Translations under genes and position numbers: made by a program
DNA from: Hemiscyllium ocellatum
Taxonomy: Eukaryota
Assembly (NCBI RefSeq): GCF_020745735.1
Contig: NC_083409.1
Span: forward strand, 17,814,341 to 17,878,340
Length of the DNA: 64,000 nucleotides
Direction: 5' to 3'
Part shown: piece after piece, positions 33,143 through 48,221 of the stretch
Position numbering within the stretch: position 1 is the stretch's first letter
How the letters are laid out: each line of letters starts with the position of its first letter
Notes under the pieces: model-generated
What the model was told of the DNA's origin: nothing
Databases searched by the model: none
The model's input: the letters and a program-made list of their open reading frames with translations, nothing else

Positions 33143-36100
33143 AGGGGACAAACTGGATGTATAAAAAGGAAGTTGAAGGGAAAGTTAGAACAAGAGAAGT
33201 CAAGAAGGACAACTGTAGCAATGAGGCAGAAAATTTGAAAAGGGATCATGCTGTAAGGTTGAGTGGAATAGGGGTTGATGGGAAGGGTGAGAGCAGTAAC
33301 AAATTAAAAATACTGTGTATGAATGCACGAAGCATTAGAAATAAGATGGATGAGCTTGAGGCTCTTTGGAAATTGGCAGATACGATATTGTGGGGATAAC
33401 TGAGACGTGGCTTCAAGTGGACAGGGCTGGGAAATGAATATTCAAGGCTACACGTGCTATCGTAAGGACAGACTGACAGGCAGAGGGGGGTGGAGTGGCC
33501 TTGTTGGTAAGGGAGGATATTCAGTCCCTTGCGCGGGGGGACCTAGAGTCAGGGGATGTAGAGTCAGTGTGGATAGAGCTGCGAAATACTAAAGGTAAAA
33601 AGACCCTCTTGGGAGTCATCTACAGGCCCCCAAACAGTAGTCTGGATGTCGGATGAAAGTTAAATCAGGAGCTGAAATTGACCTGTGGTAAAGATGTTAC
33701 TACAGTTGTTATGGGGGATTTTAACATGCTGGTAGACTGGGAGAATCAGGATGGTATTGGACCTTATGAAAGAGACTTTGTGGAGTGCCTCAGAGATAGA
33801 TTCTTAGAGCAGCTGGTGCTGGAGCCGACCAGGGAGAAGGCAATTCTGGATCTAATGTTGTGTAATGAACCAGAATTGGTCAGAGACCTCGAAGTGAAGG
33901 AGCCATTGGAAGTAGTGACCATAATACAATAAGTTTCAATCTGCAATTTGAGAGGGAGAGGTACAGTCGGAAGTGACAGTACTTCTGTTGAATAAAGGGA
34001 ACTATGGAGCTATGAGGGAGGAGCTGGCCAAAGTTCAATGGTGCAATACCTTAGCAGGGATGACCGTGGTGGAACAATGGCGGGTATTTCTGTGTATAAT
34101 GCAGAAGTTGCAGGATCAGTTCATTCCTAAAAGGAAGAAAGATCCCAGGAGGAGGCATGTGCGGCCGTGGCTAACGAGGGAAGTTAAGAACCATATAAAG
34201 TTAAAAGAGAAAAAGTATAACAGAGCAAAGATAAGTGGGAAAACAGAGGACTGGGAAGCTTTTAAAGAACAACAGAGGATTACTAAGAAGGAAATACGCA
34301 GAGGCAAAATGAGGTACGAAGGTAAACTGGCCAATAATATAAAGGAAGATAGTAAAAGCTTTTTCAAGTATGTGCAAGGCAAAAAAAATGGTTATGACTA
34401 AAATTGGACCCTTGAAGACAGAAACAGTGGAATATATTACAGGGAACAAAGAAATGGCAGAAGAATTAAATGGGTACTTCAGATCTGTGTTCACTGGGGA
34501 AGACACAAGCAATCTCCCTGAGGTAACAGTGACTGAAGGACCTGAACTTAAGGGAATCTGTATTTGCCAGGATTTGGTGTTGGAGAGACTGTTAGGTCTG
34601 AAGGTTGATAAGTCCCCGGGGCCTGATGGTCTACATCCCAGGGTACTGAAGGAGGTGGCTCGGGAAATCGTGGATACGTTGGTGATGATTTTCCAGAATT
34701 CGATAGATTCGGGATCGGTACCTGAGGATTGGAGAGTGGCTAAAGTTATACCACTTTTTAAGAAAGATGGGAGAGAGAAAGCAGGAAATTATAGACCAGT
34801 TAGTCTGACCTCAGTGGTGGGAAAGATGCTGGAGTCTATTATAAAGGATGAGATTACAGCACATCTGGATGGTAGTATCAGGATAAGACAGAGTCAGCAT
34901 GGATTTATAAAGAGGAAATCGTGCTTGACTAATCTTCTGGAGTTTTTTGAGGATGTAACTCTGAGGATGGATGAGGGAGATCCAGTAGATGTAGTGTACC
35001 TGGACTTTCAGAAAGCTTTTGATAAAGTTCCACATAGGAGGTTAGTGAGTAAACTTAGGGCGCATGGTATTGGGGACAAAGTACTAGATTGGATTTAAAA
35101 TTGGTTGGCTGATAGGAAACATTGGGTAGTGATAAACGGCTCCATTTCAGAATGGCAGGCAGTGACCAGTGGGGACCGCAAGGATCCGTGCTGGGACCAC
35201 AGCTTTTTACAATATATGTTAATTATATAGAAGATGGTATCAGCAATAACATTAGCAAATTTGCTGATGATACAAAGCTGGGTGGCAGGGTGAAATGTGA
35301 TGAGGATGTTAGGAGATTACAGGGTGACCTGGACAAGTTAGATGAGTGGGCAGATGCATGGCAGATGCAGTTTAATGTGGATAAATGTATGGTTATCCAC
35401 TTTGGTGGCAAGAACAGGAAGGCAGATTACTACCTCAATGGAATTAATTTAGGTAAAGGGGCAGTACAGAGAGATCTGGGTGTTCTTGTACACCAGTCAA
35501 TAAAGGCAAGCATGCAGTTACAGCAGGTAGTGAAGAAGGCTAATAGCATGCTGGCCTTCATAACAAGAGGGATTGAGTATAGGAGCAAAGAGGTGCTTCT
35601 GCAGCTGTACAGGGCCCTGGTGAGACCACACCGGGAGTACGGTGTGTAGTTCTGGTCGCCAAATTTGAGGAAGGACATTTTGGCTATTGAGGGGGTGCAG
35701 CGTAGGTTCACGAGGTCAATTCTGGAATGGCGGGATTACCTTACACTGAAAGACTGAAGCGACTGGGCTTGTATACCCTTGAGTTTAGAAGACTGAGAGG
35801 GGATCTGATTGAGACATATACGACTATAAAAGGATTGGACACTCTGGCAGCAGGAAACATGTTTCCGCTGATGGGTGAGTGCCAAACCAGAGGACACAGC
35901 TTAAAAATTTAGGACAGAGATGAGGAGAAACTTCTTCACCCAGAGAGTGATGGCTGTATGAAATGCTCTGCCCCAGAGGACAGTGGAGGCCCAGTCTCTG
36001 GATTCATTTAAGAAAGAGTTGGATAGAGCTCTCAAAGATAGTGGAATCAAGGGTTATGGAGATAAGGCAGGGAGTGGATACTGATTAGGAATGATCAGCC

Positions 36101-36177
36101 ATGATCATATTGAATGGCGGTGCAGGCTCGAAGGGCCCAATGGCCTACTCCTGCACCTATTGTCTATTGTCTATTGT
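33143..36177 (+). mobile_element. CR1 LINE ORF2, copy B (extra 1-bp indels)
   Basis: Same element as 540..3575. Confidence 0.95.
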
Positions 36178-39100
36178 TGTTAGTCTCAATGTTGCCACAG
36201 ATTAAGTTCTCCCAGAGATTCATAATTCATTCCAGATTTTAAACAAGGGAAGGATGTTGTGCGGAGACAGATGGGAAGGCATGGAGAGGAAACAAAAAGG
36301 AGAGAGAATTGCATTGCTGTTACACCGTTCATGAGCTCAGGATGTTCAAAGATGTTTTACAGCTAATGGAATACTTCCAAAGTCTAGTCATTGTTGTAAT
36401 GTTGGGGGGTAGGGGGGAATGACAGGATCCCCAAACAGAAGGAATGCCAAAAATGCTATCACTATGAGAGTGGAAAGGTCGGGTGGGGATAGTGACAGTG
36501 ATGCCCTCCACAGAGAGAGGGGAAGGTACACTGACACATTTAAAACTGTATCAACACAAGTGAGAAATCAAAAACCACCCACTCCATCATGAGTCTTCCC
36601 ATATTGTTGGTTTGATCAGTGACGTAGCAAGGAAGCAGCAGCTGCCCCATGAACTCCAACAAAAGAATGAGAACAGGCTCTTCATACGGAGCTGGCTCCC
36701 GAGAATCCAATTCAACAGCAGGGACCAAAGAACAAGGAACAATACAGCACAGGAACAGGCCCTTTGGCCCTCCCAGCCTGTGCTGACACATTTTGCCCTT
36801 CCTGACTGAAACTGTATTCACCTACAGGATTCATATCCCTCTATTCCCTTCCTATCCATGTATTCATCCAGATGTTTCTTGAATGCTGCCATTGTGTCTG
36901 CTTCCACCACGTCCACTGGCTGTGTGTTCCAGCCCCTCACCACCGCTTCTGTGAAATACTTACCTCACACATCTGTTTTAAATCCCCACCGCAACCCCCC
37001 CCCCCCCCCCCCACACCTTGAACCTGTGTCCCCTAGTAACTGACCCCTCTACCCTGGGAAAAACCCTCATATTTCCCACTCTCTCCATGCTATTCACAAT
37101 TTCATCCATTTCTATTAGGTTGCCCTTCAACCTCCTGATTCCAATGAAAACAAATCCAGTCTATCCAACCTTCCTTCATCACCAAAACCCTCCATATCAG
37201 ACAGCATTCTTGGTATTTTTTTCTTCTGTACCCTCTCCAAAGCATCGACATCCTTCTGGTCATGGTGACCAGAACCATATGCAATATTCCCAGTGTGGCC
37301 AAACTAAAGTTCAGTAAAGCTGCAGTGTAACTTGTCTATCCTAATCCTCAGTGCTCCTCCCAATGTAGCCAAAGCTGCCATTGGCCTTTTTTACTACCTT
37401 AGGTGCTGCCACCATCAGTGATCTGTGAACATGTACATCCAGATCCCTCTGCATTTCAATACTCCAATGGATTCTGCCATTCACTGTGCAGGTATTCTGC
37501 CACCTGTATTTCATCTTACAAAATGCATCATTTCACATATATCATGTGCCATTTAAATGTCATGTGCCGTTTTCTATCCATGCATCCAATTGATCTGTGT
37601 CCTGCTGTAGCCTCTGATAATCTGATCATTAACTGCAACTCCAGCAATCTTTGTGGCATCCACAAACTCATCAATGAGACTAGCCATGTTTTCGTCCAAA
37701 TCACTGGAGACCATGAACAGCAAAGGTCCCATCATTGATCCCTGCAAAACCCCACAAGACACAGCCTCCATTTTGAAATCCATCCTTCCATCACTACCCT
37801 CTGTCTCCTCTGACTCAACCAGTTCTGTGCCCAGTGCTGGGAACATTTTAGACAAGACACCTTGTTGCCAGCTCGTTACTGCAACTTGATCCAGTTCAGT
37901 CAGAAAGAGACAAAGGACAATGTGCAGATTGTTGAACAGGCCCCTACACCTGGGCCTGAGGGAGGGGCCCAAGCTCCAACACACTACACACGAAATTTCA
38001 GACAGAGTGGGGTCATGAAATCTGTCCATATGTTCCTTTGGGACCGGAAAGGAATGAGGAAATAGAGGCAATTGTAGAAGAGTCAATAAGGATTAAAGCA
38101 AGATTGAAGGAGAGTTTTGGAAAGGTTTCAGTGGAGAAAATATACTTTTTGCCACCCAATGCTGACGTAGTCTCCGTGTGTCACATCATGAATAAAACAG
38201 CACACTACGAGGACAATCAAAAGTTACACAAAATTACTTCTTTTTGATATATCATAGCACGCAGACCATTTTCATTGTGGTGCAATTAGGTATCCTGGTT
38301 CAAAAGATGTTTTCTCTCTCTCTCTCTCTCTCTTTCTCTTTCCTCGTTTGTACAGATCGAGCTGGTTAGATCCTCACACAGCCCCAGTTTATTTGGACTG
38401 TTCAGTAATGTGGGGATGCCGATGTTGGACTGGGGTACACCTGATGAAGTAGCAGCGCTTCGGAAGCTTGTGATTTCAAATGAATCGGTTGGGCTAGAAC
38501 CTGGTGTAGTGTGTCCTCTGACTTTGAAACAGCTGCTTTCTAGTTACTATGGAGGACTTCCACAGCTGCTGAAGACTATGGGTAATGACTCCTTCCATTA
38601 GCTGCAAACACACCAGTAGTCATTCCAGTGGATTCTAGTGGGAATGACCAATCAGTTGCTTTGACCTAGTTCCCCAGTTAATCAGGCCATGGCTGACCTG
38701 GAATACATTCTCCCTTTGTCCTGTAAACCGTACTGCCCTGAGTAAATGGCTACTGAAACCCAACCTCAACAGCTTTTTATTTTGGATTGAGGGTTCCAGA
38801 TTTCCATCACTCTATCCGAAGGAAATTTTCCTGAAATTGCCTGAATTACAATTTTGACATGCCTCTTGTACTGGACTCTGGGACTGGAGAAAGCAATTTA
38901 CATCAACATTGTTCATCATCTCTGGGGAAAAGTAACGCTGATGTAGCCTGTTCTCTCTCATTAACAGTTTCTGATCTGAAGGTGACATCACAGGCTGGAT
39001 ACTGAGAGGGTGGATCCTGTTATCGGGCAGACGAAAACTGGAGGGCCAGTTTAGCACAAAGTAGTCTCCCATTGAAAAGGAAGGAGGGGTTTTCTTGCTG

Positions 39101-42100
39101 AGGGTTGATAGCCTGTGGAATTCTGTTCTGTACATGGGAATGGAGGTTCACTCATGGAGTTGGCACAAGGTTAAAGTAGACAGATTTTTTGATGAACAAG
39201 GCAATTAAGGATAATGGGAGGGGGTGGGGAAGCAGAAAGTACAGGTGAGACAACACCCAGATAAGTAGTGATCTTCTTTATTGACAGAGCAGCTCCCAAA
39301 AGGCCTGCTCCTGCTCCTGGGCCCTATGTTCTGGCAGTGGCTGCAGCAATCCTGGACCCCCAGCTTTCCTTTGTCACTCACTGACAAAAATGACAAAAGT
39401 TAAAATTATTTTCTTTAACAAGACCAACTCAACTCTTGTTGCAGTCATTTTCTTTGCTGGATTTTAATTTCAGCAGGGTTTTAGAAACACGTCATTTGCC
39501 TTATGTTGCAGTGGAGACAGACACAGGGCAGTGAGGCCTCAGAGAGCACCGAGAGCTTTCACTCTGCACAACAAGGCTGTCAGCACAAGCATCTGGTGAC
39601 AGGATTGTAGGGGGTTGAAAAGGAGAGAGTCATGGAGAAAAGAGACCTTATAGTTCAAAATAAAACCTCTTCATATATTCCCACACTCTAATGAATTAAT
39701 GTTAGAGGATTAGAAACCCAGAACGGTGAGAGTGTGCTGGCTCAGAGGCTAAAAGGCAGAGAGCAAGGAGCTGCATTATTCCTTCTCATTATTATTTCTG
39801 CTTCATCATTGGTGAGCTTCATAATTATTGCCCACCCCCAGTTGCTTGGACGAAGTTCTTTGCTGAGCCAGATCATGGGGTCATTAAAAATGGATCATGT
39901 CACAGTGGGGCAGGAGTCAGACCAGGCTCCCTCAATGAAAGAACATTTGTGAACATCACATTGAATTTCATGTCTATTTTGTACAGATTCCAGCGCCTTC
40001 CTTTCCAGATATTACATGGCTCACCACCGCCCTCTCCAGGACAATTAGGGAAAGGCAACCAATAACCAACACGTCAACGCCCGCCCCATCCCAGGAGAAA
40101 TCAAGAGAAATAATGTAAAATTAAAATAATCAAACTGGTGAGGCTTGAATTAATCTCTTTGAAAGACTGGACTCTCAGCCAGAAACAGAGCCATGACATG
40201 GGTGACCCTGGTTTGTCAGACTGAAAGGTGAAGTGTCCTTTGGATTGACACTGGGATCAGCAAAAAATGAATTACTCTCAAAGATCGAGCAAACAGCTAT
40301 CAAAGTGGGTCACCAAACTGCAGAGTACAGCACCTGCAGCACCGCGTCCCCATCTCTATCCTTGCTGTTGCCCTTCCCTAACTGTCCTGGAGAGGGCGGT
40401 GGTGAGCCATGGGTTTCTTGAAGAGGGTCTGACAGAGGGACAAGGTCATGTCCTCGGCCTGAGCACAACTGTCTGACCTTCTGTGCTTTTCCAGCGCCAC
40501 ACTTTTTGACTCCGAGTAAACTATCCTTCAGGAGAATGAGCTGTGGCACAAGAGGAAACGTGGGAGTATTGGAAAGGCACCGGCAGCCTGGTCAGCCTGC
40601 AGAGGGGCAGAAACAGATTTGATGAATGAGATGATATCCTTCTAAGCTGAAATACAGACTTAGGCTTTCAGAGCTACACAGTTTACATTGTTACTGACGG
40701 TGACTCCATGGGCAATGTTCCTGCTTCAGAGTCAAATGGTCACCTCAGAAATGAGAACACAGAATCCAGGTTGAGACTGCAGTGAACTCTGGCACAATGT
40801 TATGTATGAGATGCTCATTTAAAGCCCCACCAGCACCACCCAGACCCCAATCCCTCCACCTCAGGGGGCTCGACAAGTCCCATTCTGAAGAGATTCCCTC
40901 AGGTATCCTGCTCAATATTCAACTAATGCCACCAAAAAGATTTGTCTCATCATTCGTTTGCTGATTTTGGGACGTCAGCATTTTGTCTTGTGAAGGTGAT
41001 TGCACTGTGCAGGCAGCTTTAAATATCCTGGGATGATTACAAAAAAAACACTGCACCAACAAGTGTTCTTTCTTCCTGTCACATAACAGGGGAGCTAATC
41101 AGTAACTGAAAATCCACACTGAAGGCAAACACTGAAGCTTCAGCTGAAAGGCTTTTTGCACCATGTTAACCTGCGCCCTGGGCATTTCCTTCCAGTGTCC
41201 GAGATGGTTACCAGGCTGGGATGGAGGCTTACAGGAGGCTGGAAGAGCACAGCAAGCCAGGCAGAATCTGGAGGTGGAGCAGTCAACATTTCGGGTATAA
41301 CCCTTCTTCAGAACTGCAGGTGGGGGTAGGGGGAGCTGCAAATCAAGGTGGGATCAGTTGTTTGGGCGGGTGGGGGTAATGGTGGAGTGGTAGGCATTAA
41401 TGGATGAACACAGGTAGAGGGTTTGAAGTGGTTGGTTGATGGGAGGAATGAATTCATTTGGTGGCTAAAAGGGAGGGTCTGTAAGTGGAATAGATGGAGG
41501 AGGGGGACTGGAAAGGGAGTCAAAAGTTGGGAAAGGGAGGCTTTTTGAAACTAGAGAATTCAATGTTGATTCCTCTGGGTTGTAAGCTTCCCAGGCAAAA
41601 GATGATTATTTGTTCCTCCAATTTGCAGTCTGATTGCTTGTTGCAATGGAGGAAGCAGAGGATGGTCATGTCTGAGAGGGAATAGGAAGGGGAATTGAAA
41701 TAGGCAGTGACTGGGAGGCCAGGTCAGCCTTTGTGAGCATGGCTGAGATGCTCAGCAAAACATGCCCTTAGTTTATGTTTGGTCTCACTGATGCAGAGAA
41801 GACCACAACGGGTGCACCGGATACAATAAACTAGGTTGGAGGAGAGGCAGGTGAACCTCTGTCTGACCTGGAAGGACTGGGGCCCTGGATGGAAATGACA
41901 GGGGTGGTGTGTCGGCAGGTTTTGCATCTTTTACGGTTGCAGGGGAAGGTACCAGGGTTTTGTTGGGGGAGGTGGGGGTAGGTGTGAAGTGTGGTGAAAA
42001 CCAAGGATTGGCAAAGGGAACAGTCCTTGTGGAAGGCAGAGAGGGGTGGGGAGGGTAAGATGTTCATGGTAGTGGGGTCTAGCTGGAGTTGGCAGAATTG

Positions 42101-42616
42101 TTTGAGGATGATACGTTGGATGCGGAGATTGGTGGGGTGTAAGTTGAAGACAAGGGGAACCCTGTCTTTATTGAATTTTGGAGGGGGGTGTTTAGATTTG
42201 GAGAGCAGAGAATGGAGGAGGTGCGATGGAGGGCTTTCTGGATGGCAGAGCTGGGAAAAGTACATGATTAAAAATAGGTGGACATCTGGACACTTAGGAG
42301 GGGAGCGTCTCCTCGTTCGAGCAGATGTGACGGAGATGGAAGAATTGGGAAAACGGGGTGGTGTTCTTGCAGGATACTGGTTGGGAGGAGGTGTTGTCCA
42401 GATACTTGTGTGAGTCTGTGGGTTAACAGTAAATGTCTGTTCCTAGACTGTCACCGGAGATGGAAATGGGGCGGTCAAGAAAGGAGAAAGATTTGTCCAA
42501 GATAGACTACGTGAATTTAAGAGTAAAAAGTGAGGTCTGCAGATGCTGGAGATCAGGGCTGAAAATGTGTTGCTGGTTAAAGCGCAGCAGGTCAGGCAGC
42601 ATCCAAGGAACAGGAA

Positions 42617-42652
42617 ATTCAACGTTTCGGGCACAAGCCCTTCATCAGGAAT
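42617..42652 (-). ncRNA. Minimal type I hammerhead ribozyme motif, copy B
   Basis: Identical to 10011..10046. Confidence 0.8.
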
Positions 42653-45600
42653 GAGGAAAGTGTGTCCAGCAGGCTAAGATAAAAGGTAGGGAGGAGGGAC
42701 TTGGGGGAGGGGGCGATGGAGATGTGATAGGTGGAAGGAGGTCAAGGTGAGGGTGATAGGCCGGAGTGGGGGTGGGGGCGGAGAGGTCAGGAAGAAGATT
42801 GCAGGTTAGGAGGGCGGTGCTGAGTTCGAGGTAATCGATTGAGACAAGGTGGGGGGAGGGGAAATGAGGAAACTGGAGAAATATGAGTTCATCCCTTGTG
42901 GTTGGAGGGTTCCCAGGCGGAAGATGAGACGCTCTTCCTCCAACCGTCATGTTGTTATGTTCTGGCGATGGAGGAGTCCAAGGACCTGCATGTCCTTGGT
43001 GGAGTGGGAGGGAGAGTTAAAGTGTTGAGTCACGGGGTGGTTGGGTTGGTTGGGCCGGGTGTGAATTTAAGGGCAGGTTAGAAGTTGTTAGCAAAGTTGA
43101 TGAACAGCTCCAGTTCAGCCTGGGTGGTGGATGCAGCACTGATGCAGTCACTGATGTAATGGCGGAAGATTTGGGGAGCGGTGCCTGTGCATGTACTGGT
43201 GAGGTGTTGTTTGATGTAGCCAACAACAAGCAGACATAGCTGGGACCCATGGCCACCCACTGGATTTGGAGGAAATGGGAAGAGTTGAAGGAAGCTGACA
43301 GATCACATGGAAATGTTTGGAAAAGGTTCACAAGGGCACAGTCCAGGCTTCCTGCAAATATCAGCCTTCCTTCCATTGTAGTGCTTCTTCATAGGAGCTT
43401 CTCTATGGTGGTTTCAAGTACACATTCTCCGTGGAAATATCACAGACTTTACTGAAATGGAATGAACTGAAAGAAGAGAAGGAAATGGGAAGAATTAACC
43501 AGACAAGGGTGAGCATCAAGAGAGATGGGAGTGTGTGGAAGACTCTGTGTCATTAAAAAGTCCCAAAGGAGTTTCACAAGAAAATCTCAAATCTTTACAA
43601 GGATTTAACAGGGAGATAACTTACTGACATCAAACAGGTTGGGTGTTAGGGACCCTGTGCCTCTGGTGCCTAACTCTATACGAGACATTACAGTCAAGGA
43701 TGGTTGATGTGTAAATAAAGGGTGACTTGATGATGTGGAGTTATTTCATGATCAATGACCGCGGGCATAGATTTAAGGGAAATGGCAGAAGATTAAGAGG
43801 GAATGTGAGGAAACACACTTTCATGCAGAAGGTGGTGGTAATTTGTAACTTGCTTTCTGTAAGGGTAGTTGAGGCAGAAGCTCTCCCATAACATTGACGT
43901 ACTTTGATGTGCAGCTGTGATGCCAAGACATACAGGGCTACGGGCCAACTGCTGGAACATGGAATTAGAATAGTGAGGTGGTTGTTCGGCTGGCTTTGGC
44001 TCATTGGGCCGAAGGGCCTTGTTCTTGTAGACCTGTTGTAGACATCTGACTCTGCCAGGACTCCAGCAATGTGGCTGACCCTGCCATTTGAAAGGCCGAG
44101 CAAGCCACTCAGTTTCAGGGCAGGTAGGGATGGAGAACAAATGCTGGTCTTGTCAGTGACACCCACATCCCAGGAAAGAATAGACGGCCTCAGTGGTAAC
44201 ACCGTCACCTGAACCTGCAGGTTTCAAGCCCCACTCCAGACACTGGAGCACTATCCTGAGGCTGGCAAAGGCAAAGGCGCCATCTGCTGGATGATCGGTT
44301 TGTGGGCGGCACGGTGGCACAGTGGTTAGCACTGCTGCCTCACAGCGCTGTAGACCCGGGTTCAATTCCCGACTCAGGCGACTGACTGTGTGGAGTTTGC
44401 ACATTCTCCCGTGTCTGCGTGGGTTTCCTCGGGTGCTCCGTTTCCTCCCACAGTCACAAAGATGTGCGGGTCAGGTGAATTGGCCAAGCTAAATTGCCCG
44501 TAGTGTTAGGTAAGGGGTAAATGTAGGGGAGGGTGGGTTGCGCTTCGGCGGGTCGGTGTGGGCTTGTTGGGCCGAAGGGCCTGTTTCACACTGTAAGTCT
44601 AATCTAATCTAAACCACTGCCCTCTCAGGTCGATGTGAATATAAGGGCTTTGTGACCATCTCAGGGAAACTCTCCCCAGTGTGCTGACCAATGCTTCTCT
44701 TATAACCAATGGCATTAAAACAGATACAAGAGTAAAATACAGCAAATCTCAAATAAAACAAGATGCTGGAGAAAGGGAACAGGTGCAGCCGCTTTAGAGA
44801 GAGGAGGGAATAATGTTTTGGATTCAGTGATGTTTTATCAAAAAGAAGCCACAGTTTTTGATGATTTTATTTCATTTTAACCTGTTTTATGTTATTTTGT
44901 TTTATTTAAATCTTGTGTATCAAATTTCAGCCGGCTTGGTTGGCACCACATCGACATATACCCATTGCCTCCACACTGACCCTCAGTAACAGCTGTGAGC
45001 ACTATCTACAAGATACATTGCAGATGTTCAGCAAAGATCCTGAGAGAGCACCTTCCAAACCCATGACCAAGTCCATCAAGAAGGACATGGTAGCAGATAC
45101 ACAGGAACACCACTCTTTGCAAGTTCCCCTCATTGAAATATATCGCTGTTCCTACATTGTTATTGGGTCAGACTCATGGAATTCCCTTCCTCCGCACATT
45201 GTGGGTCTACCTACAGCACACAGACTGTAACAGTTCGAGAAAGCAGCTCCGCGCCACTGTGTACATGACAATGAGAGATGGACAGTAACAAGGCTGGTGA
45301 ACAGTAAGAGCAGGTGTGATTAGGGATCTGAAAGTGAGAATGTGATGTTTCAGTTCTTCCTGGACATCTCAAGGTTTGTATGAACTTTTGGTCTCCTAAT
45401 TGCAGAAAGAATATAAATCCATTGGAAGTGTTTCAGAGGAGTTTTATCCGACTGATCCCTGGTATGAGGGGGCTGTGTGGTGAGGAAGGATTGGAAAGGC
45501 TGGCCTTGATCTCACTGGAGTTTCAAAGAGTGGGGGGTTTTCCTGTCCCACTGTATTCTCCAAACCCTTACCTGACCCCCTCTTGGGTCATACCCTCCTG

Positions 45601-48215
45601 CCCCTTACTAACATGGAATCGGACTGCCCAGTCCTGAGGCTTACACCTTCCATCTGGAACAAAGTCTCCAGGTATCGCTGCCCCTCCCTGATGTATCAGG
45701 ATTCTTACAACTCAGCTTCCAATCCAAACCCCCTGAGTGGGAGTTGCTGTCGATTTATACAGTCACTACAGATGTATTTACCCTGAATCATTTCAGTTTA
45801 ATGAACAAATGCTGATTCCACTTACAAATGAAAGAAATCAATTCTTTCATGAAACTAGTAATGTCCTCAGTCTCTGGATCAATGTTTCAGTACTTTTCAT
45901 TTCTAGGATTTCCCTATTTGAGGTTTCCTAAGCATTTATTTATATGGTTCCTTACACAAAGCTCTTCCCAGCTGATCTGGTCAACAGACTCCTGTCCCCT
46001 TGTTTATTATTTTGCTATTTTCAAACCAAGTGCATGTGCAGGCTCCCATCAGCTGAAGTGACAGTTCCAAACCAGTTTGGAAAAGCAAAGGTAGACCTCC
46101 TTCCCACAGTTCACCGAACTCCCACATTGACCAAACCTCCCAGCATCCCCCTCTGTGCCAGCTGCACTGAGTGCCAACTGCAGGATATAGGCTGCCCTGT
46201 ATTTATACTGGTGCTAATTGATATCACTTTGTTCTGTCGTGCTATTAGAGTCATAGAGATGTACAGCACAGAGACAGAACCTTCGGTTCAACTTGTCCAC
46301 GCTGACCAGATATCCCAACGCAATCTAGTTCCACTTGCCAATGCTCAGGATCTGGGTTAAGTTAGATCATTTCTCAGTCTGAAGCTTCCTTCTTTCAGCC
46401 TGAGAAATACGTTACTTTTATAACCAACAAATGTGACTTTAATGCTGGAATCTGTTTTGAAGATTAATGGGCTCAATGGTTTGATTCAATGTGGTAAGAT
46501 ATGAAATATCTGTGTCACTTGCTGTAATTCAGTCTTCTCTAACCAATCTCTTCAGGGGCCAGGATGAGTGTGAGGAGATTGGGTTTTGATGGAACTACCC
46601 ACAGACTCAAGTCAAAAGAAGCAAAGCAAGATAGGTGGATCGAATACAAGAGAGCACATTATGAGGGAAAACCAATTATTACCAAAGGAGAGAGTGACAA
46701 CATTGAATTGCTTCTGCTGTCATCCTCTGCGCCCTTACGTTTCACAGTGTCAGCTCCACATCCTTCCATTGACTTTGTCATTGAGAGTCAACAGTTCCTT
46801 TCCCACAGCCCTCTTTAAAATGCCCTGCCCCAGGGAATCACTCAGACAGAGAATATTTCATCTTTTTTGGGAAGATTGGAGTAATATTGGATGTCGATGA
46901 GCTGCTTTCTCAGACTTCAGGGTCTGACAGAAGGATGTGTGTAGGCTGTGGATTCTGGAGACAGATCACTGAGATATTCCTCACTCCCATCAACACCTGA
47001 CTTTATCCTGAAATCAGTTTCTATTCTTCATTATAAAGTACCCCCACCAGTTTCAGACTAGACATTTCACACCCAGCCCCCATTTCCTCACATTGGAATC
47101 AAGAACCAAACTTGCCCCATCTCAGGATTGCCCTCTGAATGTGGTGTCAGTGTGCTAATGCTGTGTTTGATGAAAGAGCCACAGTGGAATCTGGGACTGA
47201 ATCCAAGGGGTTTCTGAGCCACCAGCAGCCTCCTTGCTGTGTGAGATTCTGTTTGGATAAGATTTCAGCCCCATGGTTCCCACTGGTACGAGAGCCATGG
47301 AGTGAGATTGCTGGAGCCACGTGTAGACTGAGGAACACAACAGTCAGGACAATGAGCTGCTCTGGAATCCATCCTGAGCCCTGGATGGTTGTCACTGAGA
47401 TGGCCCAGGGGCTACAGAATGTGACAGCAGGAAGTGGAACCAGTTTATCATTGACTGTACCCCCCACAGCCATGACTCCCAGACTCCCCCGGACTGAACA
47501 TTCTCAATCTGACTCCAGGGACACACGGGGCAATTCCATCTCATTTGAAGAGTAAAGAAAACCCAGGTCTAATTTATGGAATATTTATTACCCAAACCCT
47601 GTGGAATTGTTATTTTGAGTTCCAAGATTCTGCTGATCATATTGATCAATAGAGTGTCCCCAGTGACCCTGATCTGAATTGCTTGGCTCAGGATCTTGCT
47701 GTCCCTGATGGATGGGTTGGTGTGGAGGGGGAATTGCCATCAGAATATTTTGTTCCAGGGATGGATAAAGTTAGTATAGTGCGTGACAAGGTGGCTCAGT
47801 GGTTAGCACTGCTGCCTCATAGTGCCCGGGATCTGCGTTCGATCCCTGCCTCAGGAGAATATCTATGTGGATTTTGCACATTCTCTCCAAATACAAATCA
47901 AATGCTGTATGGAATATTTACTTTGCAAACCCTGTGGGATTGTTATTCTCGATAGTAAGATCCTGCTGGTCAAATTGATCAATAAAATGCGAACTGAACT
48001 GCTCGGCTTGGGATCTTGCTGTGCTGAAAGGATGTGTTGGTGTTCAGGGGAATTCCCATCAGATTATTGTGTTCCCCATTGCCCCCTCTATTCTCCCCTT
48101 CCTGCTCCATACCTGGGGGTGGGGTGGAGCTTTTCACTTCGTACACCTATCCCTGAGGACTCAGCTCTGGCCATTCCCAAAGCACACACGAGACAGAGAC
48201 TGAATCTTCTTCATC

Positions 48216-48221
48216 TTTATT
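48216..48221 (-). terminator. Candidate polyadenylation signal for C, copy B
   Basis: First AATAAA I found downstream of the stop (~530 nt), followed by GT-rich tctcgtgtgtgcttt. Confidence 0.55.
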
